Positions 10,419-17,665 of a stretch of DNA of 24,770 bases are shown here, piece after piece. The notes below the pieces were generated by a model. The model saw nothing but the letters and a program-made list of their open reading frames with translations. It was not told the DNA's origin and made no database searches. The stretch is from a virus (taxonomy: Duplodnaviria > Caudoviricetes). The position numbers were made by a program, and so were the translations under genes. The DNA lies in IMG/VR virus record IMGVR_UViG_3300029995_000039, positions 1 through 24,770 of that record. The stretch is one strand, 5' to 3'. Positions within the stretch are counted from its first letter, which is position 1. Each line of letters starts with the position of its first letter.

Positions 10419-10574
10419 ATGATGATAATGATATGTAGAATATGTATTGCAATATTAATTATATATATTTGTAATATGTATATATATAAATTAGAGCAAC
10501 GTAGATTGGCTATCGATATTAAAATTTTAATCAAGAGAAATAAAATAATTAAGAGTTTGATTGAGAAAGCTTAG
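10419..10574 (+). CDS. 51-aa protein with hydrophobic N-terminus (cassette 2 cargo, absent from the ORF track)
   Basis: MMIMICRICIAILIIYICNMYIYKLEQRRLAIDIKILIKRNKIIKSLIEKA, with a TAAGGAG RBS. The TAG stop lies in the hairpin loop. Confidence 0.7.
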   Translation: MMIMICRICIAILIIYICNMYIYKLEQRRLAIDIKILIKRNKIIKSLIEKA

Positions 10575-10586
10575 GCTTTTTCTTTT
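10563..10586 (+). terminator. Terminator-like hairpin closing cassette 2
   Basis: GAGAAAGC-TTAG-GCTTTTTC-TTTT. Confidence 0.8.
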
Positions 10587-10589
10587 CTA

Positions 10590-10615
10590 TTCGCGTAAAA
10601 AACAATTGCTATAAT
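10590..10615 (+). promoter_or_regulatory. Conserved cassette-opening element, copy 3
   Basis: TTCGCG TAAAA AACA ATTGC TATAAT. Confidence 0.85.
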
Positions 10616-10649
10616 GAAACTAAGAACTTAATTTAAAGGAGAATATATT

Positions 10650-10817
10650 ATGGAAAAAGATAATGATATAACTGAAGTAACAACAAATTTTGTATGGCAT
10701 TTATGTGAAAAACATGTATATAATAAAAAAATTAAAAAAGGTTTAAAAGACGGAAGTATTGAGATAATTGATGGTGAGTTCTACGAGAAAGTAGAAAACA
10801 TCGTTGAGGAAGCTTAG
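10650..10817 (+). CDS. 55-aa soluble hypothetical protein (cassette 3 cargo, absent from the ORF track)
   Basis: MEKDNDITEVTTNFVWHLCEKHVYNKKIKKGLKDGSIEIIDGEFYEKVENIVEEA, with an AAAGGAG RBS. The TAG stop lies in the hairpin loop. Confidence 0.75.
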   Translation: MEKDNDITEVTTNFVWHLCEKHVYNKKIKKGLKDGSIEIIDGEFYEKVENIVEEA

Positions 10818-10829
10818 GCTTCTTCTTTT
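10806..10829 (+). terminator. Terminator-like hairpin closing cassette 3
   Basis: GAGGAAGC-TTAG-GCTTCTTC-TTTT. Confidence 0.8.
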
Positions 10830-10832
10830 GTC

Positions 10833-10858
10833 TTCGCGTAAAAAACAGTTGCTATAAT
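10833..10858 (+). promoter_or_regulatory. Conserved cassette-opening element, copy 4
   Basis: TTCGCG TAAAA AACA GTTGC TATAAT. Confidence 0.85.
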
Positions 10859-10860
10859 GA

Positions 10861-10954
10861 GAGAAGAAAAGGAAAAGGCAACACGAATAGGCGTATAATA
10901 CATAATGTATACTACCACGTAAATAGACCTATGTTCTTCTCTTTTATTTTTTTT
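10861..10954 (+). ncRNA. Candidate structured small RNA (cassette 4, no RBS-led ORF)
   Basis: Nested pairings GAGAAGAA(10861-68)/TTCTTCTC(10934-41), ATAGG(10887-91)/CCTAT(10928-32) and GTATA(10893-97)/TATAC(10908-12), followed by a long T-tract. Confidence 0.5.
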
Positions 10955-11023
10955 AATATCAATATGTAAATTTTCCCGAGTGGGATTTTTTGATAAAAAC
11001 ATTTTAAAAAGGAGGAGCAAATT

Positions 11024-11236
11024 ATGATAATAACATTAGCACTTATCGCTGGATTGGCTATAGGTAGTTTTGTAACTAATATTATAATTACAAAACGAAC
11101 ATCATACGGTACATTAGACATTGATGTAAATGGCGAAGAAGCAGACAAATGGATAATTAAATTTAATAAGTTTGATAATCTAAAGAACAAAAAATATATA
11201 CAATTAAAAATTAATCGAATCGCTTTAAAAAAATAA
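11024..11236 (+). CDS. Small protein with N-terminal TM helix
   Basis: AAGGAGGAG RBS and hydrophobic N-terminus MIITLALIAGLAIGSFVTNIII. Confidence 0.8.
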   Translation: MIITLALIAGLAIGSFVTNIIITKRTSYGTLDIDVNGEEADKWIIKFNKFDNLKNKKYIQLKINRIALKK

Positions 11237-11262
11237 CTCGCGGCAATAACATTCCGTATTAT
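11237..11262 (+). promoter_or_regulatory. Conserved cassette-opening element, copy 5
   Basis: CTCGCG GCAAT AACA TTCCG TATTAT, starting immediately after the upstream TAA. Confidence 0.8.
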
Positions 11263-11293
11263 GAGTAAATAAAATTTAAGGAGGAATTAAGAA

Positions 11294-11695
11294 ATGATTA
11301 AAACTTTATTAGATGAGGAACTAACTGATGAATTCAATACATTGAAAAACATGACATTGGGAACCAAAGAGTATGAAGTAACAGTAAACACTGTAACTAA
11401 ATTAGTACAAACGAGGGTTGAACTGGATCGATATGAGACTGAACGAATGGATAAGTTAAATCTGCAAGAAGAGCAAGCAAAGCAAAAGGAGCAAGAATTA
11501 AACTTACAAAAAGAACAGGCAAAAAACGAGAAAGTACACAATACTTCACAGACACTAATAATGATAGGAACAGCATTGTTAACTGCAGTGATTACAATTT
11601 GGGGAACAAATAAAACGTTAAAATTTGAAGAAGAAGGAACGGTAACAACCTCAGCAGGTAAAAGTTTTTTAGGACGATTAATACCTAAAAAGTAA
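11294..11695 (+). CDS. Coiled-coil protein with a C-proximal TM helix (cassette 5 cargo)
   Basis: AAGGAGG RBS. Short duplication KLNLQEEQAK/ELNLQKEQAK and TM segment TLIMIGTALLTAVITIWG. Confidence 0.85.
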   Translation: MIKTLLDEELTDEFNTLKNMTLGTKEYEVTVNTVTKLVQTRVELDRYETERMDKLNLQEEQAKQKEQELNLQKEQAKNEKVHNTSQTLIMIGTALLTAVITIWGTNKTLKFEEEGTVTTSAGKSFLGRLIPKK

Positions 11696-11706
11696 ATGAA
11701 AAACTC

Positions 11707-11746
11707 AAGATAGAGCACTAAGTAAAAACTTAGACTCTTTCTTTTT
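11707..11746 (+). terminator. Terminator-like hairpin closing cassette 5
   Basis: AAGATAGAGCACTAAGT-AAAA-ACTTAGACTCTTTCTT-TTT. Confidence 0.75.
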
Positions 11747-11767
11747 GTTATGAAAGGAGAATTCAAA

Positions 11768-12175
11768 ATGGATAAAAAACAAATATTACATGTCAATGAG
11801 TATATGTCTACAATACAAAACATACGAGATGAATTATACTTAATGGGTACTGGCGATGAAATAAGTACAGAACTAATAGTAAATATTTTTATTCCTTTAT
11901 TAAGTCGTGGATATAGTATATTATTAATATATGATGCTGTAAAAAAATTGTTATCATCTGGACTAATGTATGATATTAGAGTAGTATTACCAGAAGAAAA
12001 AATGCCGATTCCGTATGATATGAGTTTTGAAGAATGTGAGGATTATACATTAGTTGATAATTCTCCACCAACACGGTGTCCAATATTAAAAACTAATATT
12101 CACTATTTTAAGCATCAAGATTTCATATCGAGAGCAAATAATAAACCAATATATTTGGCAAGAAGAATATGTTAA
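11768..12175 (+). CDS. Hypothetical protein
   Basis: GAAAGGAG RBS favours the ATG at 11768 over 11750. Confidence 0.75.
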   Translation: MDKKQILHVNEYMSTIQNIRDELYLMGTGDEISTELIVNIFIPLLSRGYSILLIYDAVKKLLSSGLMYDIRVVLPEEKMPIPYDMSFEECEDYTLVDNSPPTRCPILKTNIHYFKHQDFISRANNKPIYLARRIC

Positions 12176-12209
12176 TGTAACCACTGACAATAGCTAGGAA
12201 GGAGATATT

Positions 12210-12800
12210 ATGTATTTAAGAAGTAGATATTGGCTATTTTGCGAACGCGCACTATTCATGGCGTTATGCATATTTATGTCATATATTATAACACCGAACC
12301 AACAAATACAAGCACAAGAAATACCAATTCAAGAAGTAGAATACATATCATACAACAGTTCCGCACTAATATCAATTACGTTTACACCTATGCATAACGT
12401 TATTCAAGTAGAATCTAATATTATTGAGGATGATATTCAAGTACCAACATCTAGATTTTCAGAAGAAGATATTAAATTATTAGAACGGGTTACCATGAGT
12501 GAATCTGGTAATCAACCATTGGAGTGTCAAATTGCAGTAGCTCAAACCATTATAAATAGACTTGATAGTGGGCGATATGGAACTACAATATATGATATTG
12601 TATATGCAAATAACCAATACAGTACAAGAAATAATGGTGCGCCAAACGATAGTGTGTTGGCTGCAGTACAAGAGGCAATATATAACCCACCATACAATAC
12701 AAATATGGTATACTTTAGAGAAAATCATTATCATACATTTGCAGTAGATTATGAAAAATTTGGTGTTTTATATTTTAGTTTATATCCTGAGGAGGGTTAA
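12210..12800 (+). CDS. Cell wall hydrolase, SleB/Hydrolase_2 family, with N-terminal hydrophobic anchor
   Basis: LLERVTMSESGNQPLECQIAVAQTIINR...IYDIVYANNQYS...VYFR matches the Hydrolase_2 pattern, including the catalytic Glu. GAAGGAG RBS. Confidence 0.85.
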   Translation: MYLRSRYWLFCERALFMALCIFMSYIITPNQQIQAQEIPIQEVEYISYNSSALISITFTPMHNVIQVESNIIEDDIQVPTSRFSEEDIKLLERVTMSESGNQPLECQIAVAQTIINRLDSGRYGTTIYDIVYANNQYSTRNNGAPNDSVLAAVQEAIYNPPYNTNMVYFRENHYHTFAVDYEKFGVLYFSLYPEEG

Positions 12801-12801
12801 T

Positions 12802-13155
12802 ATGAAAAGAGAAGTGAATGAAATTACAAAAATAGTTCTGTTATCAGATACTGGAAAAGAAGCAGATACTTTATTTAGAATGATGATGGCAATAGTTCAA
12901 GAACGACCAAAGAATGTATTATATAGTGCAAAAAGAAAGTATATACAAGCGAATACATTTCATATTTGTATTATGCCAAATGATCAACATAAATATTGTG
13001 GATTACGGGCCGATCTTACATATCCATATACAAAAGATCTAATGGGTAAATCAAAACATACAGAACAAGAATGCACAATGGAACATATTATTGAATTTAT
13101 ACGGAAAGAATTGTGGCATAGTTCTACAAATTCGCGTATCAAACAGTCCCTTTAA
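12802..13155 (+). CDS. Hypothetical protein whose C-terminus is encoded by element copy 6
   Basis: GAGGAGGG RBS favours the ATG at 12802. The protein ends NSRIKQSL*. Confidence 0.75.
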   Translation: MKREVNEITKIVLLSDTGKEADTLFRMMMAIVQERPKNVLYSAKRKYIQANTFHICIMPNDQHKYCGLRADLTYPYTKDLMGKSKHTEQECTMEHIIEFIRKELWHSSTNSRIKQSL

Positions 13156-13156
13156 T
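13131..13156 (+). promoter_or_regulatory. Conserved cassette-opening element, copy 6
   Basis: TTCGCG TATCA AACA GTCCC TTTAAT. Confidence 0.8.
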
Positions 13157-13170
13157 GAGAAATAGTATAT

Positions 13171-13210
13171 GGGTTACTGATGGAATTACATCAATGACTC
13201 TTTACTTTTT
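13171..13210 (+). terminator. Hairpin plus U-tract directly after element 6 (ORF-less cassette or short RNA)
   Basis: GGGTTACTGATG-GAATTA-CATCAATGACTC-TTTACTTTTT. Confidence 0.65.
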
Positions 13211-13246
13211 GAATATAAAAATACACTATAAAAGGAGAGAACCGTC

Positions 13247-13405
13247 ATGAAAATTAAGAAAATTACAATGACACAAGTGCTGAGTTTATTAGCAACAGCA
13301 CTAACACTAACAAGTATGATAATTGGTAGTGAGGTGCATGAAAGAGAAATGCAAGAACTTAAAGAAGAAATAAAAACAGAACTCAATAACGAAAAGGAGA
13401 ATTAA
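13247..13405 (+). CDS. 52-aa membrane-anchored protein (absent from the ORF track)
   Basis: MKIKKITMTQVLSLLATALTLTSMIIGSEVHEREMQELKEEIKTELNNEKEN, with an AAAGGAG RBS. Abuts the next gene. Confidence 0.75.
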   Translation: MKIKKITMTQVLSLLATALTLTSMIIGSEVHEREMQELKEEIKTELNNEKEN

Positions 13406-13407
13406 AA

Positions 13408-14241
13408 ATGAAAATTGGAAATTTTAATGGTATTATAAAATTAGTTCAAAGCATTGCAACAAAACATGGACCTGAAATATTAATTGGATTAGGTATTGCT
13501 GGTATGGGTACTACGGTAGTACTATCAGTAAAGGCAACACCAAAAGCATTGTTAATTATCGATGATGCTATAAATGAAAAAAATGATATTGAGTTAGAGA
13601 TAGCAAATGAAAACGAAGATTATATTTATAACCCTATTGATAAGTTAACCGTTATGGAAACCACAAAAGTTTGTTGGAAATGTTATCTACCAGCCGTTAT
13701 AACAGGAGTAACATCAGTAGTATGCATCATCGGTGGTACTACAATGAATTTGAGAAGGAATGCAGCATTAGCAACAGCGTATAAAATATCAGAAACAGCA
13801 ATTAAAGAACTACAAGAGTATAAAGATAAAGTTGTAGATACTATTGGTGAGGAAAAGAACCAGGAAATCGAGAATAAGATTAATAAAGAACATTTAGATC
13901 GTGCTGCTGTTGATCTTGATAGTACGACTATATCTGGAACTGGCCCAGTATTATATTTTGAAAAGATGGGTGGGCAATGGTTTAAATCTGATAAAGAGAC
14001 GGTTAGAGAAGTAATAAATAACCTAAATAATACTATGAATACTGAGATGTATGTATCACTCAATGATTTCTATGCAGATATGGGCTTAGCAAATACTATT
14101 GCTGGCGATTCATTAGGATGGAATACAAATCAAGGAATGATTGAGCCAAGATTTAGTTCAATGGTTACTAAAACAGGAATACCAGTAGTAGTATTAACTA
14201 CAAGAATAGAACCAAGAGTTGATTACGGTAAATTATATTAA
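13408..14241 (+). CDS. DUF6353-like phage membrane protein, paralog 1
   Basis: KHGPEILIGLGIAG...ATPKA, YLPAV...RRNAALATAY, EYKDKV, VSLNDFY...LGW. Family name is from recall. Confidence 0.75.
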   Translation: MKIGNFNGIIKLVQSIATKHGPEILIGLGIAGMGTTVVLSVKATPKALLIIDDAINEKNDIELEIANENEDYIYNPIDKLTVMETTKVCWKCYLPAVITGVTSVVCIIGGTTMNLRRNAALATAYKISETAIKELQEYKDKVVDTIGEEKNQEIENKINKEHLDRAAVDLDSTTISGTGPVLYFEKMGGQWFKSDKETVREVINNLNNTMNTEMYVSLNDFYADMGLANTIAGDSLGWNTNQGMIEPRFSSMVTKTGIPVVVLTTRIEPRVDYGKLY

Positions 14242-14246
14242 GTATA

Positions 14247-14272
14247 TTCGCGGTAAAAACAGTTCGTATTAT
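14247..14272 (+). promoter_or_regulatory. Conserved cassette-opening element, copy 7
   Basis: TTCGCG GTAAA AACA GTTCG TATTAT. Confidence 0.85.
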
Positions 14273-14317
14273 GAGATATAATAACATAAAATATTAGAAA
14301 ATAAGGAGGAATTAATT

Positions 14318-14572
14318 ATGAGTAAGATTGATGATGTAGAAGTTGTAAACGAAAATGGAGAGGTGGTAATCACTGAAACTAAACTTGATAAAGTTAAAGC
14401 GTTTGTCAAAAAGAATAAGAAGAAAATTATTGCAGGAGCAGTAGTGATCGGACTTGTACTTGTTGGCTGCGCTATTAGCAAAGGATCAAGTGAAGAAGAG
14501 GAATTATCCATTGAAGATTTAGATTATGATGAAACAGATGATCAGAATTCAAATGACAATACTGAGATTTAA
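14318..14572 (+). CDS. 84-aa single-pass membrane protein with acidic tail (cassette 7 cargo)
   Basis: AAGGGAGG RBS. Basic stretch KKNKKK, then IIAGAVVIGLVLVGC, then an Asp/Glu-rich tail. Confidence 0.85.
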   Translation: MSKIDDVEVVNENGEVVITETKLDKVKAFVKKNKKKIIAGAVVIGLVLVGCAISKGSSEEEELSIEDLDYDETDDQNSNDNTEI

Positions 14573-14589
14573 TAGTATAAGTTATGTAC

Positions 14590-14627
14590 ATCAGAGGACG
14601 AGTGTTTAATACACTTTTCCTTTTGAT
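14590..14627 (+). terminator. Hairpin closing cassette 7 (divergent in sequence)
   Basis: ATCAGAGGACGAGTGT-TTAAT-ACACTTTTCCTTTTGAT. Confidence 0.6.
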
Positions 14628-14645
14628 CTTATGGGAGGATATTAT

Positions 14646-14879
14646 ATGACAAAATATAAATATAAAGGTCCGGTAACACTTTTTGGACGATGCATTGCTG
14701 AGAGTTGGAAAGCCGAAACATCCGCTCCGACATTTAAAAAGGCAATGAGTAATTTCAAATATCAATATAAGCAATATGCAAAAATAACTGGCAATATAGA
14801 ATTACCTGGAGTAGTATCTATATTAGATCAGACGGAGGTATATAATGGAGACAATAAAACCAAACTCGCACAAGTATAA
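14646..14879 (+). CDS. Small hypothetical protein
   Basis: GGGAGG RBS favours the ATG at 14646 (MTKYKYKGPV...). Overlaps the next gene. Confidence 0.7.
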   Translation: MTKYKYKGPVTLFGRCIAESWKAETSAPTFKKAMSNFKYQYKQYAKITGNIELPGVVSILDQTEVYNGDNKTKLAQV

Positions 14880-15492
14880 AGAAGAGCAAGCGAATAATGA
14901 AAAAGTACCAGATACTAAATTAGCTCCTGTTATAGCTGCAGGAAAAGCAAGAATACAAAAGAAGAGTGGGTTTAGTTTAGCAGCAAAATCTATTATTTCA
15001 GATGATGCTAAAAATGTTAAATCGTATATCATACTTGATGTATTAATACCAACTTTTAAAAAAGCAGTATCAGATATAGTAACTAATGGTATTGATATTG
15101 TACTATACGGTAAAAGTGGACGAACATCAAAAAAAGGAAGTGCTGGTAGAGTATCATATAGAGACTGCTATAACAAACCTGAGGATAGATTTACAAGAAG
15201 TAGTACCTCAGATAGAACTGATAACTATGTTAGTAGAAAAGGTCCAGCTACTGGATTTAATGATGTAGTCGTTGATACAAGGGCTGAGGCGGAAGATATA
15301 TTAAGTCGTATGAGTGAATATTTGGATCAGTATCCTGTAATATCTGTTGCCGACATGTATGATCTTGCTAATATAACTGATTTTCCATATACATACAATG
15401 ATTATGGATGGAAGACAGTTGCAAGTGCCAAAGTAGTACGAGTTAATGAGGGATATCTTTTAAAGATGCCTATAATAGTTCCAATAAAATAA
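14845..15492 (+). CDS. Hypothetical phage protein with a C-terminal motif shared with the DUF6353-like paralogs
   Basis: GGAGGT RBS. 215 aa containing ISVADMY...YGW. Confidence 0.85.
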   Translation: METIKPNSHKYKEEQANNEKVPDTKLAPVIAAGKARIQKKSGFSLAAKSIISDDAKNVKSYIILDVLIPTFKKAVSDIVTNGIDIVLYGKSGRTSKKGSAGRVSYRDCYNKPEDRFTRSSTSDRTDNYVSRKGPATGFNDVVVDTRAEAEDILSRMSEYLDQYPVISVADMYDLANITDFPYTYNDYGWKTVASAKVVRVNEGYLLKMPIIVPIK

Positions 15493-15512
15493 AACGAATA
15501 GGGAGAATCAAA

Positions 15513-16421
15513 ATGAATAAAGTAGAATTATTAACTAAGATTAATAAAAAAGTAATCAATATCAAAATTAAGAGTGTAAAATATAGTCCAGAATTGCTAT
15601 TGATATTAGGTATTGCTGGTGCAGTAACTGGTACGGTATTAGCTTGTATCGCAACTACAAAAATCGATTCCGTTAAAGCAGTAAAAGAAGACGAGTTAGA
15701 GTTAGCCCATCATGAGAATCAAGAAGATGAAGACGAATTAAAAAAGAGAACAACTGCTATTTATGCTATAACAGGTTTAAGATATGCAGCATTGTATGCT
15801 CCTGCAGTACTAGTAACGGGTGCATCTTTATCATGCTTAATAGTATCAAATGTTATCCTTAGACAACGTATTATCGGCGTTACAGCAGCATATGCGTCTG
15901 TAGTAACAAGCTTTAAAGAGTATCGTGAACGTGTTGTTGGTCGTTATGGTGAAGATATAGATAAAGAACTTCGTTATAATATCAACAAAAAAGAAGTAAG
16001 TACTTCAACAATTGGACCAAAAGGTAATTTAAAAACAAAGACTGAAAATATTAAAGTTGCTGATCCAAATACCATTAGTGATATTGCAAGAATATTTGAT
16101 GATGGATGTACAGGTTGGCGTAAAGATCCACAAGCAAATCTTATGTTTCTAAAATGCCAACAAACCTATGCAACAAAGTTATTAGAAACACAAGGTTACT
16201 TGTTCTTGAATGATGTCTATTATATGCTTGGATTTATGAAGACAAAAGAAGGTCAGGTTTGTGGATGGGTATACAATAAAGAAAATCCAATTGGCGACAA
16301 TAGGGTAGACTTTGGAATCTATGATATTACAAATGAAAAGGCTAGAGACTTTGTTAATGGATATGAGAGAAACTTATTGTTAGATTTTAATATTGATGGT
16401 ATGATTCTTGATCTTATCTAA
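15513..16421 (+). CDS. DUF6353-like phage membrane protein, paralog 2
   Basis: KYSPELLLILGIAG...ATTK, YAPAV...RQRIIGVTAAY, EYRERV, LFLNDVY...CGW, collinear with 13408..14241. Confidence 0.75.
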   Translation: MNKVELLTKINKKVINIKIKSVKYSPELLLILGIAGAVTGTVLACIATTKIDSVKAVKEDELELAHHENQEDEDELKKRTTAIYAITGLRYAALYAPAVLVTGASLSCLIVSNVILRQRIIGVTAAYASVVTSFKEYRERVVGRYGEDIDKELRYNINKKEVSTSTIGPKGNLKTKTENIKVADPNTISDIARIFDDGCTGWRKDPQANLMFLKCQQTYATKLLETQGYLFLNDVYYMLGFMKTKEGQVCGWVYNKENPIGDNRVDFGIYDITNEKARDFVNGYERNLLLDFNIDGMILDLI

Positions 16422-16442
16422 AACCTTTGAAAGGGGTATATA

Positions 16443-17105
16443 ATGAATAAAAATATTACTGCATTAATATCATTTGTTGCTGGCGCCGTTATTGGCGTTG
16501 CAGCGTCATATAAAATGGCAGAAAAAAAATACAATGATATTGCTAATGATGAAATAACTTCAGTAAAAGAAATGTTTAATGACAGATTAAATGCTGAATC
16601 TAATAAGGAAAAAGAAGTATGTAAATACGAACTTCAATCGGCTACTCTTGCTCCGGATACAGACGATCAAGATAGCAAACCTGTAGTTGCAGAAGAACGT
16701 AAAACCACAATGAATCCTAGTCTAGCAGAATACAAATCAACAATTACAAAAGTTGCATACGATCAAATGTGGAAAGGCGATACTAAGGAAGAAACGGAGG
16801 TAGTCAAAGAAGTGGAAAAAGAAGATGAGGACGAAAGAATTTATGTAATTTCACCAGACGAGTTTAATACATTGGAAGATTATGGCTCTGAAACATTTTA
16901 TTATACTGCTGATAATTATGTTATTAATTCTGATATGGAAGAATTATCTGATAGTCAAATAGCATTATCAATAGGTCAAGACCCAGTCGGTCACTTTGGA
17001 GAATATGATGATGATTCAGTTTATGTTCGTAATGAAACAAGAAAAATTGATTATGAGATTCTTCTAAGTGAAAAAAATATTTTTGAAATACAGCAGGAGG
17101 GATAA
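16443..17105 (+). CDS. Acidic hypothetical protein with N-terminal TM helix
   Basis: Hydrophobic N-terminus ALISFVAGAVIGVAASY. C-terminal YVISPDEF...DSVYVRN...DYEI domain. Confidence 0.85.
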   Translation: MNKNITALISFVAGAVIGVAASYKMAEKKYNDIANDEITSVKEMFNDRLNAESNKEKEVCKYELQSATLAPDTDDQDSKPVVAEERKTTMNPSLAEYKSTITKVAYDQMWKGDTKEETEVVKEVEKEDEDERIYVISPDEFNTLEDYGSETFYYTADNYVINSDMEELSDSQIALSIGQDPVGHFGEYDDDSVYVRNETRKIDYEILLSEKNIFEIQQEG

Positions 17106-17651
17106 ATGAACAATGTTGAAAAAGAGTATTTTAATTGGCTGTACACGTTGATGTGCGGGAACGATACTTTTAAAGCAAACTCTTTTTCAGCACTATTATC
17201 AAGATTATATGATCGTGAATTTACATGGATTATATGTAACGATTCAAATAGGGCTGAGGAAGGTATTAATTTAAGATATCGTTTCGCCATGGACAGACAT
17301 TATAGATATAGTGGAGTTAAAATTGCAATAAAAGGCCCATGTAATATGCTAGAAATGATAGCCGCATTAGCCATTAGATGTGAAGAAAACATTATGGATG
17401 ATCCATTAATTGGTGATAGGACTACACAATGGTTCTGGAGCATGATTAATAGTTTAGGATTATCAACTATGTATGGAAATATGTTTGATCCTGATTATAT
17501 TGATGATGTATTAACAAAATTTATGAACCGAGATTACTCACCAAATGGAAAAGGTGGTTTATTTACTATAAAAAACTATACCACTGATTTACGAAGTGCA
17601 GAAATATGGTATCAACTATGTTGGTATTTAGATAATCTTGAGGGGTATTAA
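17106..17651 (+). CDS. Hypothetical phage protein
   Basis: AGGAGGG RBS. 181 aa, abutting both neighbours. Confidence 0.85.
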   Translation: MNNVEKEYFNWLYTLMCGNDTFKANSFSALLSRLYDREFTWIICNDSNRAEEGINLRYRFAMDRHYRYSGVKIAIKGPCNMLEMIAALAIRCEENIMDDPLIGDRTTQWFWSMINSLGLSTMYGNMFDPDYIDDVLTKFMNRDYSPNGKGGLFTIKNYTTDLRSAEIWYQLCWYLDNLEGY

Positions 17652-17665
17652 GAGGAGGGTATCAC

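Noticed and set aside
10894-10899. Second TATAAT inside cassette 4
   Set aside because: No TCGCG or TTGACA at a suitable distance. It is better explained as part of the predicted stem.
10361-10954. Possible CRISPR array in the repeat-spacer-repeat region
   Set aside because: Only 2-3 degenerate repeats, with intervening segments far longer than CRISPR spacers that encode RBS-led ORFs. No cas genes are present.
14450-14470. Lipobox-like LVGC in the 84-aa cargo
   Set aside because: The Cys is about 50 residues from the RBS-supported start, too far for a typical lipoprotein signal peptide.
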